NCBI GenBank assembly: GCA_026990765.1
Contig: JALXCV010000023.1
Coordinates: 17,829 to 81,828, forward strand
Direction of reading: 5' to 3'
Source of the DNA: Hyphomicrobiales bacterium
GTDB taxonomy: Bacteria > Pseudomonadota > Alphaproteobacteria > Rhizobiales > Aestuariivirgaceae
Length of the DNA stretch: 64,000 nt
Below the pieces are notes generated by a model. It was given only the letters and a program-made list of their open reading frames with translations. It made no database searches and was not told the DNA's origin. Below, piece by piece: positions 1-10,545 of the stretch (position 1 is its first letter; every line of letters begins with the position of its first letter). The position numbers and the translations under genes were made by a program.

Positions 1-224
1 TGCAAATAATTCAGCAATTGAACGCAATAAACAATGTGTCTGACCCAGATGAATGGAAACTGGCAATCCATACATTAAAGGGGAGTGCGCGAGGGGTGGG
101 AGCGCATGAAATTGCCCGAATATGCGCTGAACTTGAAAAGTCTGGACCCGGGGCTAACCTGACTGACCTGAAGGTTGCTTGCAAGCGATGTCTTGAGGAA
201 ATTGCCATATATATAAAAAGCTGA
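1..224 (+). CDS. Hpt (histidine phosphotransfer) domain protein, 5' end outside window
   Basis: The frame of ORF 18..224 stays open back to nt 3 with no upstream stop, so the gene starts before the window. It contains the Hpt signature HTLKGSARGVGA followed by a helical ARICAELE segment. Stop TGA at 222-224. Confidence 0.6.
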   Translation, partial: QIIQQLNAINNVSDPDEWKLAIHTLKGSARGVGAHEIARICAELEKSGPGANLTDLKVACKRCLEEIAIYIKS

Positions 225-308
225 AACAGGCGCTGATTTTCCATTGTTTTTTTTCTCCTGTAAGCTTAAACAGGTATATCAGAAATCTATAATATTCAGG
301 ATCAGCTT

Positions 309-629
309 ATGACCAAAGTAACTTTTGTGGAACATAATGGAACAACACATTCGCTTGAAGCTGAAAATGGCATGACACTCATGGAAGTGGCGCTTAAAAA
401 CGCTGTTCCAGGTGTTGATGCTGATTGCGGGGGGGCATGTGCCTGTGCAACCTGCCATGTCTATGTTGACCCTGAATGGATGGAAAAAACCGGCGAGGTC
501 AGCGAAACTGAAGAGGACATGCTGGATTTCGCCTTTGATGTGAGGGAAAATAGCCGACTTTCCTGTCAGATTAAGATCAGTGATGAACTGAACGGTCTGG
601 TAGTGAAGTTACCCGAAAAACAATTTTAA
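309..629 (+). CDS. 2Fe-2S ferredoxin, adrenodoxin/putidaredoxin type
   Basis: 106 aa. Cluster-ligand pattern C-x5-C-x2-C ([12 protein letters not shown]) plus the distal cysteine in SRLSCQI. Length and acidic character fit vertebrate-type ferredoxins. Confidence 0.8.
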   Translation: MTKVTFVEHNGTTHSLEAENGMTLMEVALKNAVPGVDADCGGACACATCHVYVDPEWMEKTGEVSETEEDMLDFAFDVRENSRLSCQIKISDELNGLVVKLPEKQF

Positions 630-1673
<1,044 letters not shown>

Positions 1674-1703
1674 TCAGGTCTTCTGATTTTATTGCAATAT
1701 GTA

Positions 1704-1736
1704 ACCCGAAACCAGTATCCGGTTTCGGGTATTTTA
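1704..1736 (+). terminator. Intrinsic terminator after the ferredoxin reductase gene
   Basis: Perfect 10-bp stem ACCCGAAACC (1704-1713) / GGTTTCGGGT (1721-1730) with a 7-nt loop, followed by ATTTTA. Confidence 0.65.
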
Positions 1737-1900
1737 ATGTCTGCTGCTTAATTGGGCAAGTTCACTAACAGCAATACTGGTGATAATTAGCGGGAAATCG
1801 AATGTGCTTGCATCTTTATGGTTGAGCGCTCAATTGAATGACTGTTGATCGCCTGGAGTGGTGAATAATCGGCAAAACAGCCTGCCGCCCATACTGACAA

Positions 1901-1940
1901 ATTCACGAAAAAATGAACAAATCCACGAAAAACCTGGAAC
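1901..1940. promoter_or_regulatory. Two 20-bp-phased direct repeats (ATTCACGAAAAA / ATCCACGAAAAA)
   Basis: ATTCACGAAAAAATGAACAA at 1901-1920 and ATCCACGAAAAACCTGGAAC at 1921-1940. The unit matches the three repeats at 19929-19988. Lies about 410 bp upstream of the RTX-1 start. Confidence 0.45.
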
Positions 1941-2347
1941 GATCAACATGTGAGCGGGTTGACAATGGTTTTTTATACAGGTCATTATTACGCAACGGTA
2001 AATTTACTGGATGCTGACAGGCACAGCTGACAGGCCAAGCCTGATATTACAGACTTGGTCAGATATTTTTACCTGTGGCAGGCAAAAAAATGAAAACCGG
2101 AGGGAATATGCCAATCAACCGTGTAACAGGCAAGATGTATGGCTTTTCAAAAGCGGTGTGCATTTGGCGTGCGAAAAAACTGTGGTGACCTTCTTGGGTA
2201 AAGGCTCACAGATACAAACGGATTCAACTGAAATGAAAATTGTCAGCATGAATCACACGCTTACAAAAAGCTTAATTATCAGATGCTTAGGAATGATACA
2301 TGATTGACATGGCCTAAGCTGCATAAAGTGCATGATTGGAGAAAAAT

Positions 2348-5300
2348 ATGGCAATTCCCGTAGTATGGAAAGGGCCGTTTCATGTAAATAGTGGAACGGC
2401 AAACCTTGGGACTCAAAGTGACCCGCATATTATCGGTCTTAGCAATGGCAATATTCTGGTTGCCTGGCGAGAGGCTTCAAATGGCAGTATTTCAGGGCAG
2501 CCAGGTGATGATATTATCGGCAAAATCTATGATGCTGAAGGTAATGTTGTCCAGGATTCGTTTCGGTTAAATAATAATTGGGTAGTTAATGATGAGCGTG
2601 ATTATGATATAGCAGCGACACATTCGGGTGGATATGTGCTGGTATTTGTAGATGCTGACCTTACCAATACAAACAAGACCTCAATACGCTGGGAACATCA
2701 CAGTTCAGTCGGTTCGCTTTTGGCGTCAGCTACGGTTGAAACTGAAAATGTTGCAGCCAACAATCTGTCAAATCCGCAAGTTGCTGTCAATCAGCTGACA
2801 CATGAGTCAATTATTACATATGATGACAAGATAGGCACGAATACCAATGTCAAGGCCAAGGTTATAAGTAGTGCGGGAGTGACTGGCCTTGAGTTTGATG
2901 CGGCTCAAAACTCAACAGGCTATGATCGAGACAGCGAAGTAGCTGTTCTTAGAAATGGTAATATAGTATCGGTTTATGAAGAAGAAGATGCAGGCGGATC
3001 AAGTGTGGAATTCGTTGTCAGGACCCATACTGGCGCATCGGCTGTTGCAGCTGTACAGGTTGGTAATCCGACCAGTTATGACCCTGCTGTCGCATCATTG
3101 GCTGGTGGCGGATTTGTGGTGGCCTGGAAAGAAAATGACGGAACCAACACCAAGCTGTGGTATCAGGTTTTCAACAGCAATGGCACGACAGTTACATCCC
3201 CCCTTGTGCGTTCAGGCAGTTCCAATGCGTCAACTCCTGAAATAGTGGCACTTCCCGATGGTGATTTTGTCATTGGCATATGGGGAAATGCTCCATCTGA
3301 TGCAAGCAAAACAATAAGTGCTCAACGCTATAATGCTGATGGAACAACTGATGGCAGTGGTTTTGTAGTTTCCAATCAGTATGCTCATGCGCTCGAAATG
3401 GGGGCTACCAGTGACGGTCGGATATTGTTTACATGGAACCATGTTGTTCAGGGCAAGGTGTATGCTGTAATATGGGACCCGCGTTCATCGACGATAAATG
3501 CTTCTGACTATGATTTGAATCAAAAGAATGTTGTTGATACCGAGGTCATAACCGGACAGGTTTCCAGCACTACCATTAATGGTGATAATGATGACAATAT
3601 CATATATGGCCAGTTAAAGGGTGATACGATCTACGGTAATGGCGGTAATGATATTATTTATGGCGGAGATGCTGTTCAAAATAGCAGTGATGATGGGTCT
3701 GATAATATTTATGGCGGTGGCGGTGCAGATACAATCTTTGCCGGTGAAGGCAATGACAGCATTTATATTCTCAATTATGAATCTATAGATAATGTTGATG
3801 GTGGTCCCGGGATTGACCGGCTTGATATGAGCGCAGTTCTGGCTACCGGTTCGCAGGCGATTACAATTAATATGGTTACCGGTGTTTTCACCGGGTTTGG
3901 CGGCACCCGGACCATAACCGATATTGAGACTTTTTTTGGTACTCAGCAGAATGACACCATAATCGGTGATGACAGTGATGAGTTCATAAATGGCGGTGGT
4001 GGCGATGATATACTGACTGGCGGCGGCGGCGTTGACAACATTAATGGCAATGGTGGCAATGATACGATAAATGCTGAGGGCGATGGGGGAACCTATAATG
4101 GCCATAGCGGTAATGATATTATAAGGACCAATGGATTTCTTGTCGGCACAACATATGATGGTGGCAATGATACTGATACTTTTGACATCTTGGCAGTAGC
4201 CAGCGGGACAAACAGATGGCTGGTCAACCTTGATTTGCAAACTTTTAAGCAAGAGGGTGTTTCCGGGCTTGATTCAATAATGAATTTTGAAAATGTCAAT
4301 GGCTCCAACTTTGTCGATGTGATTACCGGAAATGCTGGTGCGAATGTAATTAATGGCAATGATGGCGCTGATGAAATAGATGCCGGAGACGGGGCTGATA
4401 CAGTTGATGGCGGTGCGGGCAATGATACGATAATTGATAATGATGGTCTGAATTCAGACCATTATGATGGTGGCAGCGGTGATAATATTATTGATTATTC
4501 CAATCTGTCGCTCGGGAGTGGTGTTACCATATCACTGGCATCATCCAGCGTATTTGCCAGTGGCGGCGGCAGTGATACGATTGTCAATTTCAAGCATATT
4601 CAGGGCAGCCAGTCGGGTGAAACCATTATTGGCAATAATTCAGGCAATGATCTGTTTGGAAATGGTGGTGGCGATACAATTGAAGGAGGATTTGGTGCTG
4701 ATACCATACATGGCGGTCTGGGTAATGACACAATATATTCAATGAGCCAGTCCAATATTGATGCTTCTGCTGCCAGCGATGAGCTGTGGGGTGATCAGGG
4801 TGATGATACACTGGTCGGCTCAGGTGGCGTTGATACCATGTATGGTGGTGATGACAATGATACGCTTGAGGGACGCGGTGGCATTGACAGTATGTATGGT
4901 CAGGCGGGCGATGATACATTCATCTATCGCGATGGCACCGGTGCCGGTGTCGGGGAAGTGATTGATGGGGCTGTTGGCCATGATCGTTTGCTGGCTGTAG
5001 CATCAACCACCACCACTTTTGATTTCAGAGGATTTTCAGTGCATCTGGTGGAAGAACTGGAATTTGAAGAAGCTGGAAATATCGATACCACCTTGATGTT
5101 CAATGCTGATGTCATTGAAGGTTTCCAGGCGTTCTCTCCAACGTTACTTGTTGATGGAAATTCATTTATCTATGCTGATAATAAAATCGAAATAACCATG
5201 GGTGGGCAAACTGATATTGACCTTTCAGGGTGGACTTTTCAGGACTGGGGGGGTGGTGATGACCTTATAAAAATCACTGGTGATGGTGATGATGAAACCT

Positions 5301-7816
5301 TTGTCGGTACTGTACAGGGCGACTATATTTTTGGTTCCGGGGGTGCTGACAATATTGATGGCAGGAGCGGTGATGACATCATCATAGGTGGTAGTGGCAG
5401 TGATGTTCTGGCTGGGGGAGCGGGTAATGATACTGTAAGCTATGGTAGTTCATTTGCCGGTGTAATTGTCAACCTGAGTAAACAGACTGTTGCTGGTGGT
5501 TATGCTGATGGAGATGTTATTTCCGGGTTTGAAAACGTTATTGGTTCGGGGGCTAAAGATAGTCTGGTTGGTACTGATCAGGTCAATAATATTCAAGGAC
5601 TGGCTGATGATGATGTAATTGAAGGTCTTGATGGTGGCGATACTCTAAATGGTGGGACCGGCCGTGATCTGGTCCGCTATGACAAGTCAACGGCGGCGGT
5701 TTCGGTTAATTTGCAAACCCAGACAGCATCGGGTGGTCATGCCGATGGTGATGTTATTTCCAATTTTGAAGATGTGTGGGGATCGTTGTTATACGGAGAT
5801 ACACTGATCGGAACAGCTCAAGCCAATGAAATAAAAGGTTATGGTGGTGATGATGGAATTACCGGTGGTGATGGCGGCGATGATCTGGACGGTGGGGATG
5901 GGGTTGATGATCTGCATTATGATGAGTCTGATGCCGCAGTTCAAATCTCTCTTGCAGATGAGACGGCAAGTGGAGGGTTTGCCGATGGTGATATTATCGC
6001 CAATTTTGAGAATATCTGGGGCTCAACCGGTTTTGGTGACGTGCTGACTGGCAGTGCTGTTGACAATGCTCTTTACGGTCAGGGTGGGGATGATAATATT
6101 GAAGGTGGTGCAGGTGCAGATATTATAGATGGCGGGGCAGGTAATGACACAGCTTCCTATGCCGGATCATCGGCCGGTGTGACTGTGCGGCTGGATATTG
6201 GCACTGGTGTTGGCGGAGATGCTCAAGGTGACATGCTGACCAGTATTGAAGATCTGGTTGGATCGGCGCAGATTGATACGCTGGTCGGTTCTGCCGGAGT
6301 GGATAATAATATTTCAGGGGGATCAGGTGGTGATTTTCTGTACGGTTTGAGCGGTGCAGACATTCTTGATGGTAATTCAGGAGATGACCTCATTGAAGGT
6401 GGAGCTGATGCTGATATTTTGAATGGAGGTAGTGGAACTGATACTGCCAGCTATGCCGGTTCTTCCGGATCGGTGACTATTCGTCTGTTTAATGGTACCG
6501 GGGTTGGTTCTGATGCTGATGGTGATACTCTGAGCAATTTTGAAAATGTTGTCGGGTCAATGTTTAATGATGTCCTGATCGGGGCCTATAATGTTAACAA
6601 CCTTCTGGAAGGTGGAGCAGGGACAGATTATATTGACGGTTTGAGTGGCACTGATACTGCTTCTTATGCAGGTTCAGCAGGCAGTGTTACGGTGCGGTTG
6701 TGGAATGGTACCGGTGTTGGTGGTGATGCTGATGGTGATATACTGGCCAATATCGAGAACCTGATCGGTTCAGCCAATAATGATGTGCTTATTGGTGCCT
6801 ATGGAGCCAATAATCTGCTGGAAGGCAGAGCCGGGGCTGACTATCTTAATGGCCTTACAGGCAATAACAGTGCCACCTATGCCGGATCGACAGACGGAGT
6901 GACAGTCAGGTTGTGGAATGGCACCGGGTCCGGTGGTGATGCTGAAGGTGATACAATAGCCAATATTCAAAATGCTATTGGATCAACCAATGCTGATATA
7001 CTGATCGGTACTTTTGCTGCCTCTAACTTCCTGTCTGGAGGTGAGGGCAATGATTTTCTGTTTGGCCTTTCCGGCAATGATGTCATTTATGGTGGCTGGG
7101 GAGATGATCTGCTTGATGGCGGTTCGGGATCTGATGCGCTCAATGGCGGGGTTGGAATTGATACAATAAGCTATGCAGCCTCATCCGGGGCAGTTACGGT
7201 CCGCCTGTATAATGGAACCGGATCTGGCAATGATGCCAATGGTGACAGCTATACCGGTATTGAAAATGCCAGAGGATCAGACTTTGCTGATGCAATTATA
7301 GGTGCCTATGGTGTTGATAATATTCTGGAAGGGGGAGCAGGGGCAGACTACCTGGACGGGTTGAGTGGCAATAATACGGTCAGCTATGCCAATTCGACGA
7401 ACAGTGTTACTGTGCGCTTGTGGAATGGCACCGGTATTGGAGGTGATGCCCAGGGTGATGTACTTGTTAATTTTGCCAATGTAACCGGTTCAAACAATAA
7501 TGACACCCTGCTTGGCAGTTTTGCCACTGACAATATCATCAATGGTGGTGGCGGTGATGACAATATGTTTGGTCTGTCAGGTAATGATACTTTTGCCTTT
7601 AATGACAATTTTGGCCATGACACTATTCATGACTTTGTTGATGGTAGTGAATTTATGGATATTAGCGACTCATCACTGACGCTGGCTGATCTCAGGATTG
7701 AGGTTGTCGGGGCTGATACGATTGTGCATTTTGATCAGGTGAATGCTGGCATTAGCGATACCATAACCTTGAGCGGCATTACATCTGGTATTGATGCTGG
7801 TGATTTTATCTCTTAG
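2348..7816 (+). CDS. RTX-1: giant Ca-binding repeat exoprotein (7-repeat propeller-like head + RTX arrays + shared C-terminal module)
   Basis: The ORF opens at TTG 2336, but ATG 2348 follows GGAG (2338-2341). Dozens of GGxGxD nonapeptides (GGNDIIYGG, GGAGNDT and similar). Longer units of the type VTVRLWNGTGxGGDAxGD..IEN..GS recur. The C-terminus matches the four other island proteins. Confidence 0.9.
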   Translation: MAIPVVWKGPFHVNSGTANLGTQSDPHIIGLSNGNILVAWREASNGSISGQPGDDIIGKIYDAEGNVVQDSFRLNNNWVVNDERDYDIAATHSGGYVLVFVDADLTNTNKTSIRWEHHSSVGSLLASATVETENVAANNLSNPQVAVNQLTHESIITYDDKIGTNTNVKAKVISSAGVTGLEFDAAQNSTGYDRDSEVAVLRNGNIVSVYEEEDAGGSSVEFVVRTHTGASAVAAVQVGNPTSYDPAVASLAGGGFVVAWKENDGTNTKLWYQVFNSNGTTVTSPLVRSGSSNASTPEIVALPDGDFVIGIWGNAPSDASKTISAQRYNADGTTDGSGFVVSNQYAHALEMGATSDGRILFTWNHVVQGKVYAVIWDPRSSTINASDYDLNQKNVVDTEVITGQVSSTTINGDNDDNIIYGQLKGDTIYGNGGNDIIYGGDAVQNSSDDGSDNIYGGGGADTIFAGEGNDSIYILNYESIDNVDGGPGIDRLDMSAVLATGSQAITINMVTGVFTGFGGTRTITDIETFFGTQQNDTIIGDDSDEFINGGGGDDILTGGGGVDNINGNGGNDTINAEGDGGTYNGHSGNDIIRTNGFLVGTTYDGGNDTDTFDILAVASGTNRWLVNLDLQTFKQEGVSGLDSIMNFENVNGSNFVDVITGNAGANVINGNDGADEIDAGDGADTVDGGAGNDTIIDNDGLNSDHYDGGSGDNIIDYSNLSLGSGVTISLASSSVFASGGGSDTIVNFKHIQGSQSGETIIGNNSGNDLFGNGGGDTIEGGFGADTIHGGLGNDTIYSMSQSNIDASAASDELWGDQGDDTLVGSGGVDTMYGGDDNDTLEGRGGIDSMYGQAGDDTFIYRDGTGAGVGEVIDGAVGHDRLLAVASTTTTFDFRGFSVHLVEELEFEEAGNIDTTLMFNADVIEGFQAFSPTLLVDGNSFIYADNKIEITMGGQTDIDLSGWTFQDWGGGDDLIKITGDGDDETFVGTVQGDYIFGSGGADNIDGRSGDDIIIGGSGSDVLAGGAGNDTVSYGSSFAGVIVNLSKQTVAGGYADGDVISGFENVIGSGAKDSLVGTDQVNNIQGLADDDVIEGLDGGDTLNGGTGRDLVRYDKSTAAVSVNLQTQTASGGHADGDVISNFEDVWGSLLYGDTLIGTAQANEIKGYGGDDGITGGDGGDDLDGGDGVDDLHYDESDAAVQISLADETASGGFADGDIIANFENIWGSTGFGDVLTGSAVDNALYGQGGDDNIEGGAGADIIDGGAGNDTASYAGSSAGVTVRLDIGTGVGGDAQGDMLTSIEDLVGSAQIDTLVGSAGVDNNISGGSGGDFLYGLSGADILDGNSGDDLIEGGADADILNGGSGTDTASYAGSSGSVTIRLFNGTGVGSDADGDTLSNFENVVGSMFNDVLIGAYNVNNLLEGGAGTDYIDGLSGTDTASYAGSAGSVTVRLWNGTGVGGDADGDILANIENLIGSANNDVLIGAYGANNLLEGRAGADYLNGLTGNNSATYAGSTDGVTVRLWNGTGSGGDAEGDTIANIQNAIGSTNADILIGTFAASNFLSGGEGNDFLFGLSGNDVIYGGWGDDLLDGGSGSDALNGGVGIDTISYAASSGAVTVRLYNGTGSGNDANGDSYTGIENARGSDFADAIIGAYGVDNILEGGAGADYLDGLSGNNTVSYANSTNSVTVRLWNGTGIGGDAQGDVLVNFANVTGSNNNDTLLGSFATDNIINGGGGDDNMFGLSGNDTFAFNDNFGHDTIHDFVDGSEFMDISDSSLTLADLRIEVVGADTIVHFDQVNAGISDTITLSGITSGIDAGDFIS

Positions 7817-8465
7817 GCTTTTGTCCGGGGTAATCGGCAAGCTGTTGTTTATGGCTAAGGGCAAAGTTCAACAAAGAATTTGCGCCACTCAAATGAAGCT
7901 TGCGTGAAATGTTCTGCCGGTGAGTCTGGATGGTTCTGATGCTAAGGCGCATTTCATCTGCAATCATATGGCTGGTCCAGGCATCGGCAATCCTTGATAA
8001 AACGGAAAGCTCGCTGGTTGTGAGTTGATCAAGACATAATGAGGGATTGATATACAGGTCGTGTTTGGAAAAATCCAGGTCTATGGTTGAACTGGTAAAA
8101 AAATCATCTGATGTGGACTTCATGGCTTCAATCAGATCGCAGCCGGTGTCTTCCTTGGCTATGAAGGCTGCAGCACCGTATTGCCGGGCTTTTTTCACAA
8201 AACCATAACTTGAATGCATGGACAAAATGATCACTCTGGTATCGGCAAGACTGGAATTTGCCCATCTGCATATTTCATAACCATCCATGATTTCCATGGA
8301 TATATCGGTAATGATTATGTCAGGCTTGTGCAGACTGGCCAGGTCTATGCAGTCTCTGCCATTATTTGCCTGGGCAATAATGTGAAATCCGGGTTTTTCT
8401 TCAATAATCTGGTGCAGCCCGGTAAGAAAGATTGGATGGTCATCAGCAAGTAACACTGTTTTCAT
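7806..8465 (-). CDS. Response regulator, NarL/LuxR (REC + GerE HTH) family
   Basis: Start MKTVLLADDHP at ATG 8465, which overlaps the kinase stop by 4 nt (ATGA). Acceptor region PDIIITDISM. C-terminal LuxR-type HTH LTTSELSVLSRIA..SIRTIQTHRQNISRKL. The 3' end overlaps the RTX-1 3' end by 11 nt (convergent genes). Confidence 0.85.
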   Translation of the reverse strand: MKTVLLADDHPIFLTGLHQIIEEKPGFHIIAQANNGRDCIDLASLHKPDIIITDISMEIMDGYEICRWANSSLADTRVIILSMHSSYGFVKKARQYGAAAFIAKEDTGCDLIEAMKSTSDDFFTSSTIDLDFSKHDLYINPSLCLDQLTTSELSVLSRIADAWTSHMIADEMRLSIRTIQTHRQNISRKLHLSGANSLLNFALSHKQQLADYPGQKPKR

Positions 8466-10324
8466 TGGCGTGTCTGTTCCTGGTTGGCTGATGCCGGGAT
8501 TTGTATTTCTATCTTCAGTCCCGGATTCAGGTTCTTTATGCTCCATTTGCCGGATAAAATGTCAATCCGGTTTTTTATAATTGTCTGACCCATCGAAACC
8601 TTCTCACCAGTATAATTCTCGTTGTTCTTGTGCTCTTTCATTCCTGAACCATTATCAGTTATTTCTATCATGACGGTGTCATCAATCAGTCTGAATACAG
8701 CTTTGCAGTGGGTGGCGTTGGAATGTTGCGCTATGTTGCTGGTCAGTTCCTGGATTATCCGGTAAAGGTGGAGCTGATGGGTTTTGTCGAGTATATTATC
8801 ATCAATTTCATTTGTATAATCTATAGATAAATCATGTGCCTGTTCAAGAGAAGTGAACAGGGTGTGAATTGCCTCGCTCCAGCCAAGGTGATCAATTACC
8901 GCCGGGTGCAACTCATGGGAAATTCGTCTTATATCTCCAATTATCTCCTGTGAGTTGGTTGCAGCCACAGTTATTGCCTTACGGATATCGTCATTTAGTT
9001 TGTACCGGGCTAAAATCTGTTTTATCTGACTGGTAACCATGACCAGCCCCTGACCGGCTGTATCATGCAAGTCTGAGGCGAAGCGACGCCTGTCTTCATC
9101 GATGGCTTCCAGAATATTTTTTCGTGCAGCTTTTTCAAACCCGGCCAGTTTTGCTCCTGCTTTTTCCCGCTCAGTTTCGGCAAGGCGGATACGAGAAGAC
9201 AGCGCCAGAGAAAATGCCAGTGCCTCCATTGTCAATGTTATGTTTAGCATATGATCACTGAACTCACCGAACTGTAATCCGTTCAGCTTTATCAGGAAGT
9301 TTATTGCAATACCTGGGAGAATAACCAAAATAGCTGGATACAGCAATATACGGGCGTGGCTGTTGCCTTTTATGGATTGCTGAAGAATCCATCCGCCTGG
9401 GTATATTGCCATTATGATGATTAATACTATTTCAAGCATGAACATTTGCCAGTGAGGCAATGCAATGCCGCCTGTTATCAGGATTACAGCAAGAATTATT
9501 AGTAGATAGCGGTTGCGGTTTGAAAGGGAACTGGACGATGATGGTAGCAGAAACACCAGCAGGAAAGCATTGCCGAAAAAAATGGCGCTGGCTATCGACC
9601 AGATCAAGGCGTAGTCGTTGATTACGGTGCTTTGTGGCCAGATATAGGCGAAGCCTGTTCCTGACAGGGTAATGCTCAACACCAAAAGAGAAGATATAGT
9701 CAAGGCATTCAGTAAAAACGCCAGTTGCCGGATGATTATTGATACTGTGATATTGAATAATATCATCATTGTAATCGCCCCAAACAGCATAATGTCAGCA
9801 TAGCTGTGTCGAGTGATAATGGTTTCAAACTGTTTTGAGCTGACAAAATTTAATGTGACAAAAAGGGGGTTTTGTTGCTCCAGACGTAAAAACAGATTTT
9901 TTCCAACCGTATTGCTGTCAATGGCAAAGGCTATTTTGGGGGATATTATTGATCGGCTCGATGCAGGGACATGATCACCTGAAATACCTATGGTGAATGG
10001 TTTGCCAGTATTGTCCAGCCTGTATAATTCTGCCCTGTCCACTCCGGATGAAAGGTAAAGAATACCGGTTTTCAGTAGTGGCCTGATTTTTACCCATATT
10101 GGTGCTGCGTGCATGCGGATGGATATTCCCTGGCTATCAATTGCGGTGAACAGGTTGCCGCCTGTCTGGCAGCATATATTATCTATCGTGGTAGAGGCAG
10201 GCAATTGATAGGCAACAGACAGGCCCAAATATTGTTTTTCCGGTTTGATGGTTTCTGCATTGGCTGAGTAACTGGATAATCCAATTGCAGTTAATAGTGT
10301 CATGATAAAAATGATACTATTCAT
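8462..10324 (-). CDS. Sensor histidine kinase, 7TMR-DISM type sensor + HisKA_3 + HATPase
   Basis: Probable start is ATG 10324 (MNSIIFIMTLLTAIGLSSYSANA, a signal-like segment); the ORF is open to 10471. A periplasmic region is followed by 7 hydrophobic helices. H-box RRFASDLHDTAGQGL, N-box IIQELTSNIAQH, G-box ITDNGSGM. Confidence 0.8.
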   Translation of the reverse strand: MNSIIFIMTLLTAIGLSSYSANAETIKPEKQYLGLSVAYQLPASTTIDNICCQTGGNLFTAIDSQGISIRMHAAPIWVKIRPLLKTGILYLSSGVDRAELYRLDNTGKPFTIGISGDHVPASSRSIISPKIAFAIDSNTVGKNLFLRLEQQNPLFVTLNFVSSKQFETIITRHSYADIMLFGAITMMILFNITVSIIIRQLAFLLNALTISSLLVLSITLSGTGFAYIWPQSTVINDYALIWSIASAIFFGNAFLLVFLLPSSSSSLSNRNRYLLIILAVILITGGIALPHWQMFMLEIVLIIIMAIYPGGWILQQSIKGNSHARILLYPAILVILPGIAINFLIKLNGLQFGEFSDHMLNITLTMEALAFSLALSSRIRLAETEREKAGAKLAGFEKAARKNILEAIDEDRRRFASDLHDTAGQGLVMVTSQIKQILARYKLNDDIRKAITVAATNSQEIIGDIRRISHELHPAVIDHLGWSEAIHTLFTSLEQAHDLSIDYTNEIDDNILDKTHQLHLYRIIQELTSNIAQHSNATHCKAVFRLIDDTVMIEITDNGSGMKEHKNNENYTGEKVSMGQTIIKNRIDILSGKWSIKNLNPGLKIEIQIPASANQEQTRQ

Positions 10325-10545
10325 AGGCGATGCAAGGTCTATAAATAATGAAAAATAATTACTCAGTGCAGATTTGTTAAGGTTTGGATTTAAGTACTGT
10401 GACGCCCCAAATTTGAGTGTTTGGTTGAGGGTTTGGCGCTGAGTAATCATTACAACTAAAGATATTAGCAAAATAATTCTTTAGATTCAACAGGTTCTGA
10501 TTTTCTAAGTAGGTTATCGTATTTTCATAACCTCCAGTAAGGTCT

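Noticed and set aside
2011-2307. 98-aa ORF in the long spacer upstream of RTX-1.
   Set aside because: No Shine-Dalgarno, no recognisable motif, and a Cys/Arg/Lys-rich, random-looking sequence. The region is more likely 5' regulatory or untranslated DNA of RTX-1.
3614-4252. Long antisense and off-frame ORFs inside the RTX genes. Examples: 3614..4252, 4093..4422, 10965..11468, 13010..13796, 15796..16296, 22067..22687, 26068..26715.
   Set aside because: They lie entirely within much longer ORFs that have clear GGxGxD or FG-GAP periodicity. Their translations are low-complexity mirror images (Ser/Pro/Ile-rich). They are artefacts of repetitive Gly/Asp codon usage.
5400-7560. Strong ~190-200-nt periodicity in the RTX genes that could be mistaken for a DNA tandem-repeat or CRISPR-like array.
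   Set aside because: The periodicity is at protein level (units of the type GGAGADYIDGLSG…VTVRLWNGTG…IENLIGS). The copies diverge at synonymous sites, and there is no repeat-spacer structure. I saw no CRISPR array anywhere in the window.
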